Shown: piece by piece, positions 40,135-53,747 of the stretch
How the letters are laid out: each line of letters begins with the position of its first letter
Numbering within the stretch: position 1 is the first letter of the stretch
NCBI GenBank assembly: GCA_964016885.1
Contig: OZ024743.1
Coordinates: forward strand, 356,252,001 to 356,316,000
DNA from: Eledone cirrhosa
Taxonomy: Eukaryota
Length of the DNA: 64,000 bases
Direction of reading: 5' to 3'
Program-made: the position numbers and the translations under genes
Notes under the pieces: generated by a model
Told to the model about the DNA's origin: nothing
Databases searched by the model: none
Seen by the model: only the letters and a program-made list of their open reading frames with translations

Positions 40135-41082
40135 TCTTTATTATATATATAAAAGCGAGGATGTGTGTGTGTCTGTGTACAACTTTGCATGCATAAGGCT
40201 TTCACAATTACCAACTGAATTTGACCAAATTTTCTGTGCACGTTGCACAGGTCGCTACGATTGTCACATCACAAACATTTTTCAAATCGACCCACGTTGA
40301 GCAATAAAAAATTGATTTCAAAATTATCGGTAGAAAAATTGATGCAAAGGAGATAACAAACTTTATTGACAATCCCTATAAAAAGGGGAGATAACCTTTT
40401 CACCAAATATGCCCCGTAAAAGAAAGTATGCACATATTGGCTATCGGTCGAAGAAAAAGATTCGTCTATCCTGAAGTGCTTTAGTGTTAACATAAAAACT
40501 TATTACAGCTCTGCCTTGACTTCACCTTATTCATTACAAAACATACCAATAAATATGTCATGCAGGATATTTTGGATTATAAGTTAAAAATTTAACCATA
40601 CACAGCAAAGGATGCTCTGTTTTTTTTATAGATTTGCAACGTGTATTGTCTTTAATCATTTGTATAACTACATCCTGTTCAGTGTTTTCCTTCATTATCA
40701 GCATAGTTTTATGTGTACAAAGATTGCACTAAATATTCGTTTGCATTAATTATTGAAGACTTCTGCTTATTTTGATAGGTTGGGGACAAATAATGATTTC
40801 AAGGCCAGCAATTTTTTGGGGGAGGGGAAAGTCGATTAAATCGACTCAAGTGCGGGACTGGTACTTTATTTTATCGATCACGTAAGGATGAAAGGCAAAG
40901 TTAACCTCGGCGGAATTTGAACACAGATCATAAAAGGCCGTAACCCTATGCTGCAAAGCATGGCGTCCGACCCTCTACCGATACTGCCAATCCCCCGGAC
41001 AAATAATGTTCTTCTTTTACTTCCTAGCTGTATATTCTTAGCATAATTTCAAACCCCGAGCAACGCCGGGTAAATCTGCTAG
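40135..41082 (+). mobile_element. Non-autonomous Helitron with a nested SINE (40793-40997, minus)
   Basis: TC..TATATATAAAAG 5' end; CCCGAGCAACGCCGGG hairpin followed by CTAG|T. Confidence 0.7.
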
Positions 41083-42170
41083 TGTACTATAAGTTAATTT
41101 TGTAACTCTTCATTCAGCATTTTGTTCTCCTTACACTTTTAGATATTCACACAACTACTGTGTGTGTGTATATATGTGTATGTGTCTGTATGTGTGTGTG
41201 CTTGTGCGTGTATGTGTGTGTATGTGTGTATATTTCTGTGTGTGTATGTGTGTGTTTCTATGACTGTGTGTGTTTGTGTGTGTGTATGTGTAGGGGAAGA
41301 GAGAGAGTGAGTGTCAAATAAGTTGATTTCTATGTTGATACGAACAAACAAAAGAAGAAATAATTCTCGGTTCACTATAGAATAGACATCAATAAATATG
41401 TTCATAGACTACAATTTGTACTCATTACTTTATCTCTCTCTCTCACCGTATCTCCCTCTCTTTCGCTTTATCTCTCTCTCTCTCTCCCTCTCTCTCTCTC
41501 TCACCATCTCTCCCTCTCTCTTGCTCTCTCTCACCGTCTCTCCCTCTCTCTCGCTCTCGCTCTTTCTCTTTCTCTCTCTCACGTTGTGTGTGTAAGTGCA
41601 GGTGTTTTTGTGAGTGTATATCGTTGCCTGTTTCAACCCTCCATCTCCTCCTTAACTAGCAGTGCCTGTTGACATGTTTGAATAGACTATACCAGCTTAT
41701 TGTCAGACTGCCGAATGAATGCAGAATTCGTCAGCGACATATTGCATTCATGAACCCATTGCATAGACAAGTGTCATCTCCAAACAGTTGACAATGATTT
41801 ATTAAGGGTTTATTGCACAAAAGAGCCAGGTATATATGAGTCCGGGGGCAGCCGAGTAATTTTCATGGAAGAGTGAACTGACGATGTACTAGAAGAAATA
41901 AAGCAGTCCACGAGTACCTGTTACTCACATGTCCATACACATACACACAAATGACACACACTTAATCACATACTTAGACTCCTATACCAACACTTGCACG
42001 CATGCACATGCACATAAGCTATAGATATATGTATGTAGTTGACGAGAGAAAAGAGTTTATTAAGTCTAAATAGTCAGTCCATAATTTCGTCTGCTCCTCA
42101 CAGGGTCTTCATGATGGAGCAGGCGAAATTCCAGAGTAACGAGACTGACTATTTAACCATAACGAAATGA

Positions 42171-42255
<85 letters not shown>

Positions 42256-42257
<2 letters not shown>

Positions 42258-42718
42258 AGGGATAACAAAATATCGTTATAGGTAATCCATTTAGAGGTTG
42301 TGAATACTTCTTATTATGGATAGTTTTAGCGTACGGCTTTGTTTGACTCAACAAGAGGTTTACGTAGATGGCGAGTTTATGATTTAACTGGTATTCCTAT
42401 GTAAGTTTATGTTGGAGGAATAAAATTGAAAAAGTGAAGAATAACATGGTCAACAGTACAAAAAAGGGGAATTTATTTACAGTCTAATAATTGTTTCTCT
42501 GATTGAGTTGTCTAAAAATTGCTGAACACTAGAAGCAGTGCCACTCAATTTTAAATACGATGATTGAGCTAGTATCGTATTTAAAATTGTTCAGCAATTT
42601 TTAGACAACTCAGTCAGAGAAACAATTGTTAGACTGTAAATAAATTCCCCTTTTGTTAGACTGTAAATAAATTCCCCTTTTTTGTAATGTTGACCATGTT
42701 ATTCTTCACATTTTTTCA

Positions 42719-42724
<6 letters not shown>
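42256..42724. mobile_element. Fold-back pLTR-type element with hammerhead 3' halves
   Basis: inverted arms ~42424-42525 / 42588-42722; GAAAC-AATT-GTT at 42619-42630; (TA)n on both sides. Confidence 0.6.
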
Positions 42725-42766
<42 letters not shown>

Positions 42767-42770
<4 letters not shown>

Positions 42771-43832
42771 AAAGAATAACAAGGACGATTGATTACTCTT
42801 TCATTGAATTTATTGTTAGGTGACGCGCGTTTCGCCACTGATCAGCTCAAAGTTCAATCTGTATCGATCCTACCCGACTCAATAATCGGCGGCTCGACGG
42901 ACCCTTTAAAATGCTATAAGAAAATGAAATACATGCTATGTGGTAAAGACAGAATTTCAAGAGTTTGACAATATGAGTTGTTTTGATTGATGGGAAGGAT
43001 CAAAGGGATGTACTGGTCTGTAGTGCATGTGGGGTGGATGTGATGATGAGATGTTTGTGACGGTCGCTGGTGTGATGGGCTGTGGTGTGGCGGTGGCAGG
43101 ATGGTTTTGGCCTATAGTGTTTGGGGTGGATGTGATGATGAGATGTTGGTGACGGTCGCCGGCTGGGATGGGCTGTGGTGTGATGGTGGCGGGTTGGCCT
43201 TGGCCTGTAGTGTATGTGGGGGTGGATGTGATGATAAGATGGTGGTGATGGTCGCCTACTGGGATGGGCTGTGGTATGAGGATAGTGGGTTGTCGGTAGA
43301 CGGTTTCGCGTTGTGGGGTGTGGTTGTCGTGTTGTTGTTTATGGTAGTGGCGTTTGTGGTGGTGTGTGGATGTGTTGGAGTCCTTGGGGAGATACATACC
43401 TAGACATTCTTAGTCTGACAAATACGTTGTATATATATACATATATGTATACATGCGCATATAAACTGATATATATACACACGTACACACCTACATACAC
43501 ACACACACACCCGCGCCCACACATATCCACACACACATATATATCCATATGCATATATACACACATGTATGTGCATGCGCGCGTGTGGATATATATAGGG
43601 AGAGTGGGAGAGTATCGGTGGGGGTGGCGTAGGACAAAGATGGAGGGAAGGTGAGAGCCAATGGAGATGGTGTTAAACATATAGACATACACATACATAC
43701 ACACATACGGATATGCGCACATACACGTGCACACACGTATACATAAACATACACATACACACACACACACACACGTATACACACACATACACATACACAC
43801 ACACACACACATACACATACATGTATATATAC

Positions 43833-43883
<51 letters not shown>

Positions 43884-44898
43884 TACACGCACGTATATGT
43901 ATACGCACGTATATATAAAAAAAATACTTACACGCAGACATACTTGCGTTGGTTCGAGAGGGGAGGTATGTGTTGGAGGTGTTGATGAAGTATGGAGTTG
44001 TGTCTTGTGGTGTTGGTGTTGGTGTTGTGAGCGACAAAAATATACAGGATCGAATAATACGTTGGGTTACAGGTTAAAAGGTGACATAGGGAACGCGGGG
44101 GAAAGAGTTTATGGACGTATAGCGGTGTGTGTTGTGGTCATGGTGCTGGTGGTGCCGTTCGACAAAATGATTACATGATCAGAAGTTACGGTGGGTTAAG
44201 GGTAAGGCAGATGTGATGAGGGGGTGGATATAACACAGTCGATCTGGGAGTGAGGGATGATATGTGTTGATGATGTTAATGATGTTAATGATTGTTGAAG
44301 TATGTGGATGTGTATAGTGGTGGCGGTGGTGGTGTGTGCGACAGTACATTTACAGAGTCGAATTTAGCGTGGGGTTGTAGGTAAGGGTAGACAGAGGGAA
44401 CATGGGGGGATAAGGTTGCGGGTGTGGATGGTAGACATATGATGTGGTGGTGGTGGCGATGGTGTGATATGATCGACATTGTATTTACAGGATCAGATGT
44501 TACTATGGTTTGCAAGGTAAAACCTGACAGAGAGGACAGAGAGAACACAATGTTGCAAGGATGAGGGGTGTATGGTGATGTGATTTTTGGTGGGAGTGAT
44601 GTATGCGGCATGATATACAAACTCTTGAAATTCTGTCTGTACCACTTAGCATTTTAAAGGGTCCGCCGGGCCGCCGATTATTGAGTCGGGTAGGATCGAT
44701 ACAGATCGAACCTTGAGCTGATCAGTGGCGAAACGCGCGTCACATATCAATAAATGCAATGAAGGAGTAATCAATCGTCCTTGTTATCCTTTCAATATAT
44801 TACACTCTGTATAGCTCTACACCTCATCACAGAAGTGAACCTATACATCGAGTGCTCTCCCGGGTGAACCTGCTGTAACTCCAAGTTACACCCCCTGG

Positions 44899-44900
<2 letters not shown>
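42767..44900 (-). mobile_element. Non-coding PLE-type element with inverted pLTRs and a C/A-rich body
   Basis: 42767-42916 is the reverse complement of ~44647-44796; hammerhead-like fold in both; (TA)n flanks; three ~93-bp internal repeats at 43020-43290. Confidence 0.7.
42819..42903 (-). ncRNA. Variant-core hammerhead (CCGUCGA)
   Basis: GGT-CCGTCGA-GCCGCCGATTA...TGATCAGTGGC-GAAAC-GCGC-GTC-ACC; stem III palindrome ACGCGCGT. Confidence 0.6.
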
Positions 44901-44973
<73 letters not shown>

Positions 44974-45241
44974 AATTCTTGAGGTGGTTTCAGTAAGTAT
45001 AATTCGGCAGACGTGTTCTTACTGTCTTCAAAGTCTTTATCTTTCTAGTCTGTCATTTCAAATCGAAGAAGACCCCGGTTTCTCTCTCTATATATATATA
45101 GAGAGAGACGGGAGGGGTTTCTGCAGAGTTTCGCTCTACATAATTCACTAACATGCCATTGGTCAGAGGAAACGTGACTAAGATTTCACTCAGTGGAACA
45201 GAAGCTGAATCCTCATGAAAATGCCTGACCCAATCTATTTA

Positions 45242-45531
45242 TCTATATATCTAAAACAGGGAATATCTGTCTGTCTGACTCCCTAAAACTCGAGAACTAC
45301 CCAACCGATTGTTTTCAAACTTTACATATGTAATACTTATGGTCCTGTGAGTGTTTTGAGCAAACAAAATTCCAAATGTTCAATGCCCTAGGGACCGCAT
45401 TACGCAATTTAGCGATCTCTCTCTATAATTCTTAGTCTTTCTTTTTAGATAGATACATAGATATAACGTAGCGCCCTTACAATATCTGTCTGTATGTCTG
45501 GCTGTCTGCATTACGACATTATGACGCTATA

Positions 45532-45564
<33 letters not shown>

Positions 45565-45867
45565 GGTGTGTGTATATATATAATTATATATATATAGTGT
45601 GTACCGTTTTTCGAAATATTTACTTCTGCGCTCACTGATTGATTTTTTTAGTTTCAGAAGATCCCGTTAAGGATGAAAGCAGCGATTCTTTGCTTAAACT
45701 TTAATCTGTTATTTTAATATACTAACAGAATGGCCCGGCGCTGCTCGGGATTTTCTCTATGATTCTTATATATTTGATATGTATTTATCCTTATCGAGCC
45801 TCGTGAAATAAATACGTTTGTTTATATTTTGTTATTGTGTATGCCAAAATATTTGTACACGAATATA

Positions 45868-45903
<36 letters not shown>

Positions 45904-46544
45904 TAACAGATTAAAGTTTAAGCAAAGAATTGCTGCTTTCACCCATACCGGGATCTTCTGAAACTAAAAAAATCAATCTGTGAACGCAGAAATAAATATT
46001 TCGAAAAACGTTACACACTATATATTTATATATACATACTATATATACATATATACACACACACACAAATATAGCGTCATAATGTCGTAATGCAGACAGC
46101 CAGACATACAGACATATATGTATCTATCTAAAAAGAAAGACTAAGAATTATAGAAAGAGATCACTAAATCGCCTAATGCGGTCCCTTGGGCATTGACAAT
46201 TTGAAATATTTTTTGCTCCAAACACTCACAGGACCATTAGTATTACATGTGTAAAGTTTGAAAACAATCATTTGGGTGGTTCTCGAGATTTAGAGAGTCA
46301 GACAGACAGACAGACATTCTATGTTTTAGATAAACAAAAGTATTTACAAAAGTATAAAGAAAATTATTTATTTCGCACGTAAAAAAACCCTGGTAATCTA
46401 CGACGAATTTTTTTTATAAGTACAAAATGTAGAGACCATCCCGAGGCCGAGGTATTCCGTATTTCTCTGTACTGTTTCAGAAAGGAGGGATAAACATGCC
46501 AATCTATGTTTAGAATCCCGAGCAACGCCTGGCCATTCTGCTAG
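45242..46544 (+). mobile_element. Non-autonomous Helitron with a related copy nested in reverse (45722-46333)
   Basis: TC 5' end; hairpin + CTAG|T at 46541; a second 3' end reversed at 45722; ~480-bp inverted similarity. Confidence 0.7.
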
Positions 46545-46559
46545 TAAAATATTAAATCA

Positions 46560-47085
46560 AGATCATATGGAATGGAGATCAGCTCTGATTATTATTGTTA
46601 ACCAGATACTAGTTAGCAACTCCATCAGTTTTCCAATGAAGCTCAAACTGTACAAGTCGTTGGTGAGTTGGATCCTTTTGTATGAGTTGGACTCTCGTAG
46701 TTGACATGGAACAAAGTATCTAGTCATTTTCCCACACGTGCTTCAGAAGGAATACACGGAGTACAAACCAATACACGGAGTACAAACCAATACACGGAGT
46801 ACAAAACAAACAGATTTGTCAAAGAGTAAGTTAACAAATATGCTGGCGGACAGGAACCAATCATTGCAATAGTGAAAAGACGGAAGTTTGCCTGTTATGG
46901 TTATATAGCCCGCCACAACTCCTTGTCCAAAACCATCCTTCAGGATACTGTCGAGGGAGGGCGAAGAAGAGGTAAACAAAGAAAATCTTGGTCTGACCAC
47001 AAGAAACACTGGACTGGTCACAATAACCAAACCCTTCTGCACATGACTAGCTGCACTATTTGCGGGAATATGATGATGAAACTCA
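46560..47085 (+). mobile_element. RTE/BovB-like LINE 3' fragment
   Basis: KLKLYKSLV; VKRRKFACYGYIARHNSLSKTILQDTVEGGRRRGKQRKSW; (ATG) tail. Confidence 0.8.
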
Positions 47086-47371
47086 ATACTTGGTAGGTTT
47101 CCAATTTTATAAAATCAAAATTATTTGTTGTCTGACTTTTATTATAATTCCCTTCCATTCTTTCTGAACAGGAATATTGGAAATTCTAAATTGTAACTGT
47201 AGAAAAATTTTGGAGTAATCCCTGTTGAGAAAATAATATTACTTGATGTTGAAAATATATTTGAATAATAGATACATGCACGGGAGCAGGTACACACTGA
47301 CGAAAACACAAACTCACTCACACATATACACACAATCACACACACAGAGACTCACGCAGAGAGAGAGAGAG

Positions 47372-47440
<69 letters not shown>

Positions 47441-47697
47441 CGTATTATGGAAATTGATAGATACTACGTTGATGCAATGAGAATATGATCATTGTGTAAT
47501 AGGTTTAGTAGAGATATGAAATATACATATTTTTTAGTATTATATATTATTGTAAAAACAGCTAACAGCATTTATCAGAAGAGAACATGTTAGGTTTATA
47601 GATACATTTGAAATTGATATACATATTCTATATACATGTTATCATTCTTAGATAAAACACATTGGCTTGCCAAATGACAATGAAACTATTACACTCT

Positions 47698-47778
<81 letters not shown>

Positions 47779-47807
47779 AACACACATATATATATATATA
47801 TATATAT

Positions 47808-48263
47808 CATCATCATCATCATTGGTAACTCAGTCTCGGAAGACAATGTTTAATGCGCCTGGGGTTACGGCTATTCTTTGGCATCGTCTGCTGTTGCTAT
47901 GCAGACCGATGCATGGGTCACGCTCTTTGTTGTACTTGGTGCAGATACATGTTGAATCCTGGGTTGTTGGTATGTCTGCGATGCGATTTTTTCTGACCCT
48001 CGTTTCTACCGCAAATTGACCTCGTTTCGCAACTGCATCTGCGATGTCCTTGCGGACAGTCTGACGCCAGGCATCACGGTTTCCAGCCTGTCTCTCTCAG
48101 CTAGAAGAAGGGATGCTGCAGGCTATCATGACTTTCTTGCATGCATCCCTGAAACGGAGTGATGGGTGATCTACTCGCCTGATGCCGGTGGTCAACTGTC
48201 CTTACAGGATGTCTTTTCCCAACCTCCGATCCTCCATAGGCCGAATATGTTCTAGCCAACGAA
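47808..48263 (-). mobile_element. RTE LINE 3' fragment with (GAT)n tail
   Basis: minus-strand RWLEHIRPMEDRRLGKDIL*GQL..HPSLRFRDACK. Confidence 0.8.
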
Positions 48264-48329
48264 TAGGGAAGAGGAAGCAAATGAACTCCATAACACTATC
48301 AGAAAGTTGATCTCTTTTCACAGCTGGGT

Positions 48330-48715
48330 CTGCTTCACAGACTGGGCACATTCAGACAAGGGAGTGGGTTGTGGAGCTACTTCATCTTTCAGAAATAATT
48401 ATAGAGATATAAACTTCAGATTACACCGGGTTTACACTCTATTTGATACAGAATGGTGAGGAATTACATTGTCCATATATTCAGCTAAGGAATTGCCCAG
48501 GAAAAATGGTTTTCTATTTACTGATAGTGTATCGAAGCTAGAACTGCTTCAGTTAAGAAAAAGGGGTCAGGTTAGAGATATTGAGAAAATTCTGCTAATA
48601 GAATAGATAAATAACATTTAAAAAAAAAATAAATAAACAACAGTGATTTGGACACCGGGCCATACAGATATTAGAGGAAAAAGGAAAGCAGACGAATTAG
48701 CAAAAGAGGGAGGAG
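48330..48715 (+). pseudogene. RNase H remnant of a non-LTR retrotransposon
   Basis: FTD..GVGCGA; FTDS; IWTPGHTDIRGKRKADELAKEG. Confidence 0.7.
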
Positions 48716-48802
48716 AAAGAGAAATAATTATTTCTACTTTTGGCACAAGGCCAGCAATAACCCAGTACATTACTGGCACTTTATTTTATCGACCCCGTAA
48801 GG

Positions 48803-48838
<36 letters not shown>

Positions 48839-49413
48839 ATGTGTGTGTGCAGTGTGTGAATCTTAAGGAAGTTTATACTGCCAAGTAATAATAATTTCAA
48901 GCTCAATGTATTAATATCATTTTAGATAGTAGATATATATTCTACCAAAGTTACATCCTTTTTGTTTTTTTCAAGTGGATTCTCTCCGGATCAATTTGTA
49001 AGATTTTATTTTGTTTCTGAAATAATGTTTTATCCTCCTCTAAATTATGAGAAACATATATAACATATATGATTTGAAAGAATTATTTTCTGTCACTTTA
49101 TATTATTATACATAGATACTTAGATACCTACATACATATATATATATACATACGTACATACATGCATGCACACACATACACACACACACACATACACATA
49201 CACACACATATACACACTCATACTTATATAAATATATATATTTATAAATATATATATATCCTATTGTGGTTAACGGTTGCGAGTAAGGAGTACTCAATAC
49301 TGAAATAGAGTTTTCATATTCATTTTATTAAGGCTAAATAATGAGTCTTGTTACTCAGTGTCAACAGACAAAAATGACCTTGTGATGACCTTGTGATAAA
49401 CATATATATATAT

Positions 49414-49983
49414 ACGTGGGAAAGTGAAAAATCGGAGAATAGACCGTTAAAACATGTTTATTGAAAATATCACCTACGTACGTTTCGCCCAGTTGGGCTT
49501 CTCAAGGGCATAAACAATCACAAGTGTTCCTTATATAGTTCGGAAAGAGTTTTGGGGTTTAAATCCACATCAAGATTCATTGCTCGCAAAAATATCTTGT
49601 TTTGATTTTGCAGCAGGTCCTGCTGCAAAATCAAAACAAGATATTTTTGCGAGCAATGAATCTTGATGTGGATTTAAACCCCAAAACTCTTTCCGAACTA
49701 TATAAGGAACACTTGTGATTGTTTATGCCCTTGAGAAGCCCAACTGGGCGAAACGTACGTAGGTGATATTTTCAATAAACATGTTTTAACGGTCTATTCT
49801 CCGATTTTTCACTTTCCGACGTGCTTACGCTCTGCTAACTCTCTAGCCCACTAAATATTAACACTTCGAATATTTAATACTGCCGGCGCTAGTATCGAGC
49901 ACCTTTGGCATACGCTACTTGGCAAATAACTATATGTATCACCTATCCCTTCTTTTTTTCTCTCTTTCTCGATACGTAAATAC

Positions 49984-49985
<2 letters not shown>
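49414..49985. mobile_element. Near-perfect 409-bp palindrome plus tail; fold-back pLTR-type element with two variant hammerheads
   Basis: arms mirror about position 49618; GCC-CTTGAGAA-GCCC-AACT-GGGC-GAAAC-GTAC-GTA-GGT at 49727-49764. Confidence 0.75.
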
Positions 49986-50018
<33 letters not shown>

Positions 50019-50086
50019 TTATAGTAAAATGTTTAACCTCGACAGCAGAGCTCAAGCTGTTTCGACGGCTATTTCTATATATATAT

Positions 50087-50370
50087 ATTGAAAGGATAAG
50101 AAGGACGATTGGTTACTCCTTCATTACATTTATTGGTAGGTGGTGCGCGTTTCGCCACTGATCGGCTGAAGGTTCGATCTGTATCGATCCTACCCGACTC
50201 AATTATCGGCAGCTCGACGATAAATGTAATGAAGTAGTAACCAATCGTCCTTGTTATCCTTTCAATATATTACACTCTGAAAAGCTCTACACCTCATCAC
50301 AGAAGTGAACCTAAACATCGAGTGCTCTCCCGGGTGAACCTGCAGTAACTCTAAGTTACACCCCTGGATA
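50087..50370. mobile_element. Third, fold-back copy of the 42767/44650 pLTR family
   Basis: minus pLTR 50087-50220 joined to plus pLTR end + tail 50221-50370. Confidence 0.7.
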
Positions 50371-50596
50371 TATATATAGATATATAGATATACAAAATTT
50401 AGTACAGCATCAACGAAGCTCTGGTTGCAGCCAATCTAACGAATGCAGTCTCGGTGTACAGCTAAGCACTCAATAGGGTATATAACCCTAGAGTTATAAC
50501 ATTACGTTTAGACAGCTTTGCATATTGAAGACAGCGACCGATAGGCGGGCCGCAGTGACTATAGCCACGAAAAAGACTCGACTCAGGAAAACATTT

Positions 50597-50643
<47 letters not shown>

Positions 50644-51463
50644 CTGCGAGGTTAATTGTAAGCTTACTTATTAAATGCACGCATGTAAATTTTCTGATGA
50701 ATGCATTTAATTGAGGAATGATCATTAAGATACTTTTAGAGACAGCTTCGATTCAAAAATATGGTCTATTCACATTACGCTTATATATATCTCTGTTTAT
50801 GAGAGAGTGTCCGTGTTCGAATGTATATCTGTGTGTGGGTGTGTGAATGTGTATACTACTGCCCGCTGCATCACAACTCTGTCAAGAATCAATCGTAAAC
50901 TGAATGCACTGAGACGGCAAATAGTGTTTGACAGAGAAGTCGGTAAATTTAGTATTAGTCATGTAATGAGTCAATAATTACGGCAAAATATTTCGGGTGT
51001 CAGTCAGAGTAATATTTAGCTCGATCAAGATTGTAAGATGATTGAGAGAAACACCACAGTTTAAATATATTTTCCTCTGGTTGAAACGGATTCATATAGA
51101 ATATATACCAGCCTTTATTATCGATTGGGAAAGAAAAATTTAAATAAATATCATTTGATCGATCAAATATATGAAATAGGGTTGCGAGGATTGACAGTTC
51201 TCTATGATTTTTTGAAAACGAAGCAAGAGATTTTGCAATAGAAGGATATGTTCATTGGCGTGAAATTGGCCGAAGAATTGAAAAGCGATATCAGGGTCAG
51301 AATGGACAAGACAAAGACAACCATGATTTTTGATCATTTTCGTTAAGTGATTGAATTTTACTGCAAATATCTCATCACTAATCTTTCTATATTCGTACGT
51401 AAATACATACGTACGTACATAATTAACTACTTATACACACACATACACACACGCCCCCCACCC

Positions 51464-51546
<83 letters not shown>

Positions 51547-51590
51547 AAGTTAAATAAAAGTCAAATGATTAAAATTTAGCTTCGTTTATT

Positions 51591-51645
51591 ACTGCTATAT
51601 ATATTTCAGTGACAGCCATCTTTGGCTGTGACCTCTTCAGGCAGT
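51591..51645 (-). ncRNA. Type I hammerhead ribozyme with canonical core
   Basis: ACTGC-CTGAAGA-GGTCACAGCCA-AAGA-TGGCTGTCACT-GAAAT-ATAT-ATA-GCAGT, in a 150-bp island between (TA)n tracts. Confidence 0.8.
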
Positions 51646-51689
51646 TTGAATTAGTGAGGTGTTGGTATACAACCAACATAAACTCAAAA

Positions 51690-51757
<68 letters not shown>

Positions 51758-51764
51758 TATATAG

Positions 51765-52300
51765 ATTGTTATACTTTCACTTTATTATAAGTTTCCGGTT
51801 GGTTGTTTGGTTCGATAACTGGAATGTTGTTTATGTATTGTCAAAGCTCTTTCGTCACACATTTTGTGACCTCCTTAGTGACTAGGTTTTTATTTTGTGT
51901 CTCTCCTGTGTTCTGTCCTACATCATCTTGTAGGACAGAACAAAGGAAAGACAAACCAACCAACCAACCGAGGAAGCTAGAAGAAAGGAGGAAGCTACCC
52001 ACAGCTCAAGAATCTGAACCGTATACTTAGCTACAGAATGGTGTCCGCTAAAAGCAGAATAGGACCAAGCGATGGTATTAAACCAGGTGACAGATAAAAT
52101 CTATCAATGCGTGGCCTAGGGCCAATAGGAGAGATTAATATTACACAAACAGTAATGATACAAATTGGAGTTTAGTTGTAACAGATAAGGGAGACAATCT
52201 CTCACATCTTTGAGTCAATCATATTGTTGTTTTAAGTCCCAGAGATGCTGACCTCATGGCTTGCTATACCTCCAGGTATTTCCAACAGAAGATAGCAGCT
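51765..52300 (-). mobile_element. pLTR-type fragment related to 14747-15235; hammerhead core decayed
   Basis: GTCA-CTAAGGA-GGTCACA..GTGAC-GAAAG-AG-CTT-TGAC on the minus strand at 51840-51882. Confidence 0.55.
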
Positions 52301-52309
52301 ATATATATT

Positions 52310-52395
<86 letters not shown>

Positions 52396-52422
52396 CATAT
52401 ATATATATATATACATATATAC

Positions 52423-52469
<47 letters not shown>

Positions 52470-52533
52470 TATATGTATATATATATATAAATATATATAC
52501 ATGTGTATATATATACATATATATATGTGTGTG

Positions 52534-52582
<49 letters not shown>

Positions 52583-52632
52583 TTATATATATATATACAT
52601 GTGTATATATATACATGTATATATATGTGTGT

Positions 52633-52690
<58 letters not shown>

Positions 52691-53747
52691 GCGTGTATAT
52701 ATATATATGATGTATGTATGTATGCATGTATGTAGGTAGGTAGGTAGGTATGTGTGCGCGTGTGCCAATGAGTGTGTGTGTGTGTATATATATATACACA
52801 TATATTTGTTTAGTTGTGATTACTTTTTTATCAGGTTTTATCGTTTCGAAAGTAACTTCTGCCAAATTCATTAATGGAATTTTTTTTAGCTTAAGGTACA
52901 TTCACTACCGCCACCATTACAACCAGTAGCACAAGCATGATCATCAGCATCAGTAGGAGCAAGACGACTACTACAAACATCATCATCACCACTACCATCT
53001 CACTTGATCTCCCCTCTCCCACCACCACCACCACCACCACCACCACCACCACCACCACCACTATCACCATCTGTATTATTACTATCACCTACATTAAACC
53101 TTACGCACTTTACCACTTCAACAACTAACACCAGCACAACTTATATCACCATCACATCCACCACCAGTACCCCGATCACTGCTACCACTGACGTGGTCGC
53201 CACCACTACCACACCGAGTGGTACCACCACCGTCATCGCCAGCACCACCATAAACAGTGTGATTATCAGCAGTTATACAACTTCCCAGTAGCACCACACA
53301 CCTTCACCTTTACTCACCTTCGCTCCAACTTCAACACAAAAACAAAAGACAATTACTATGAACAGCAATGACCGAGATTTCCCATGACCACCCATTAAGA
53401 CAGACACATCAATATCCATCAATATTACAATCTCTATCACCATCTTCATCCTCAACACCATCATCATCAGCGTTAACAACAATATCAAATCAATGAGGGA
53501 GCAAGGTTTCTACGAGATCATTCAACCTGATAGAAATAGCAACCAAATATTCTTGGAACTACATCTTGGAAAACATAGGACATATTTAACCAGATAGTAA
53601 AAGGTAGAGAACATGATGAAATGACCATGCTTGAAACAACAACACCGATGACAGTAACAAGAACGACAATCCACAATGTTTCCCTCACCACCACTAGTTA
53701 TTAACAAAACTAGCGTCTCTATGAGATTACCTATCCACTTAGAAATA

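Noticed and set aside
50750-51350. Host exon or enhancer in non-repetitive-looking DNA
   Set aside because: No convincing ORF, splice pair or recognisable homology.
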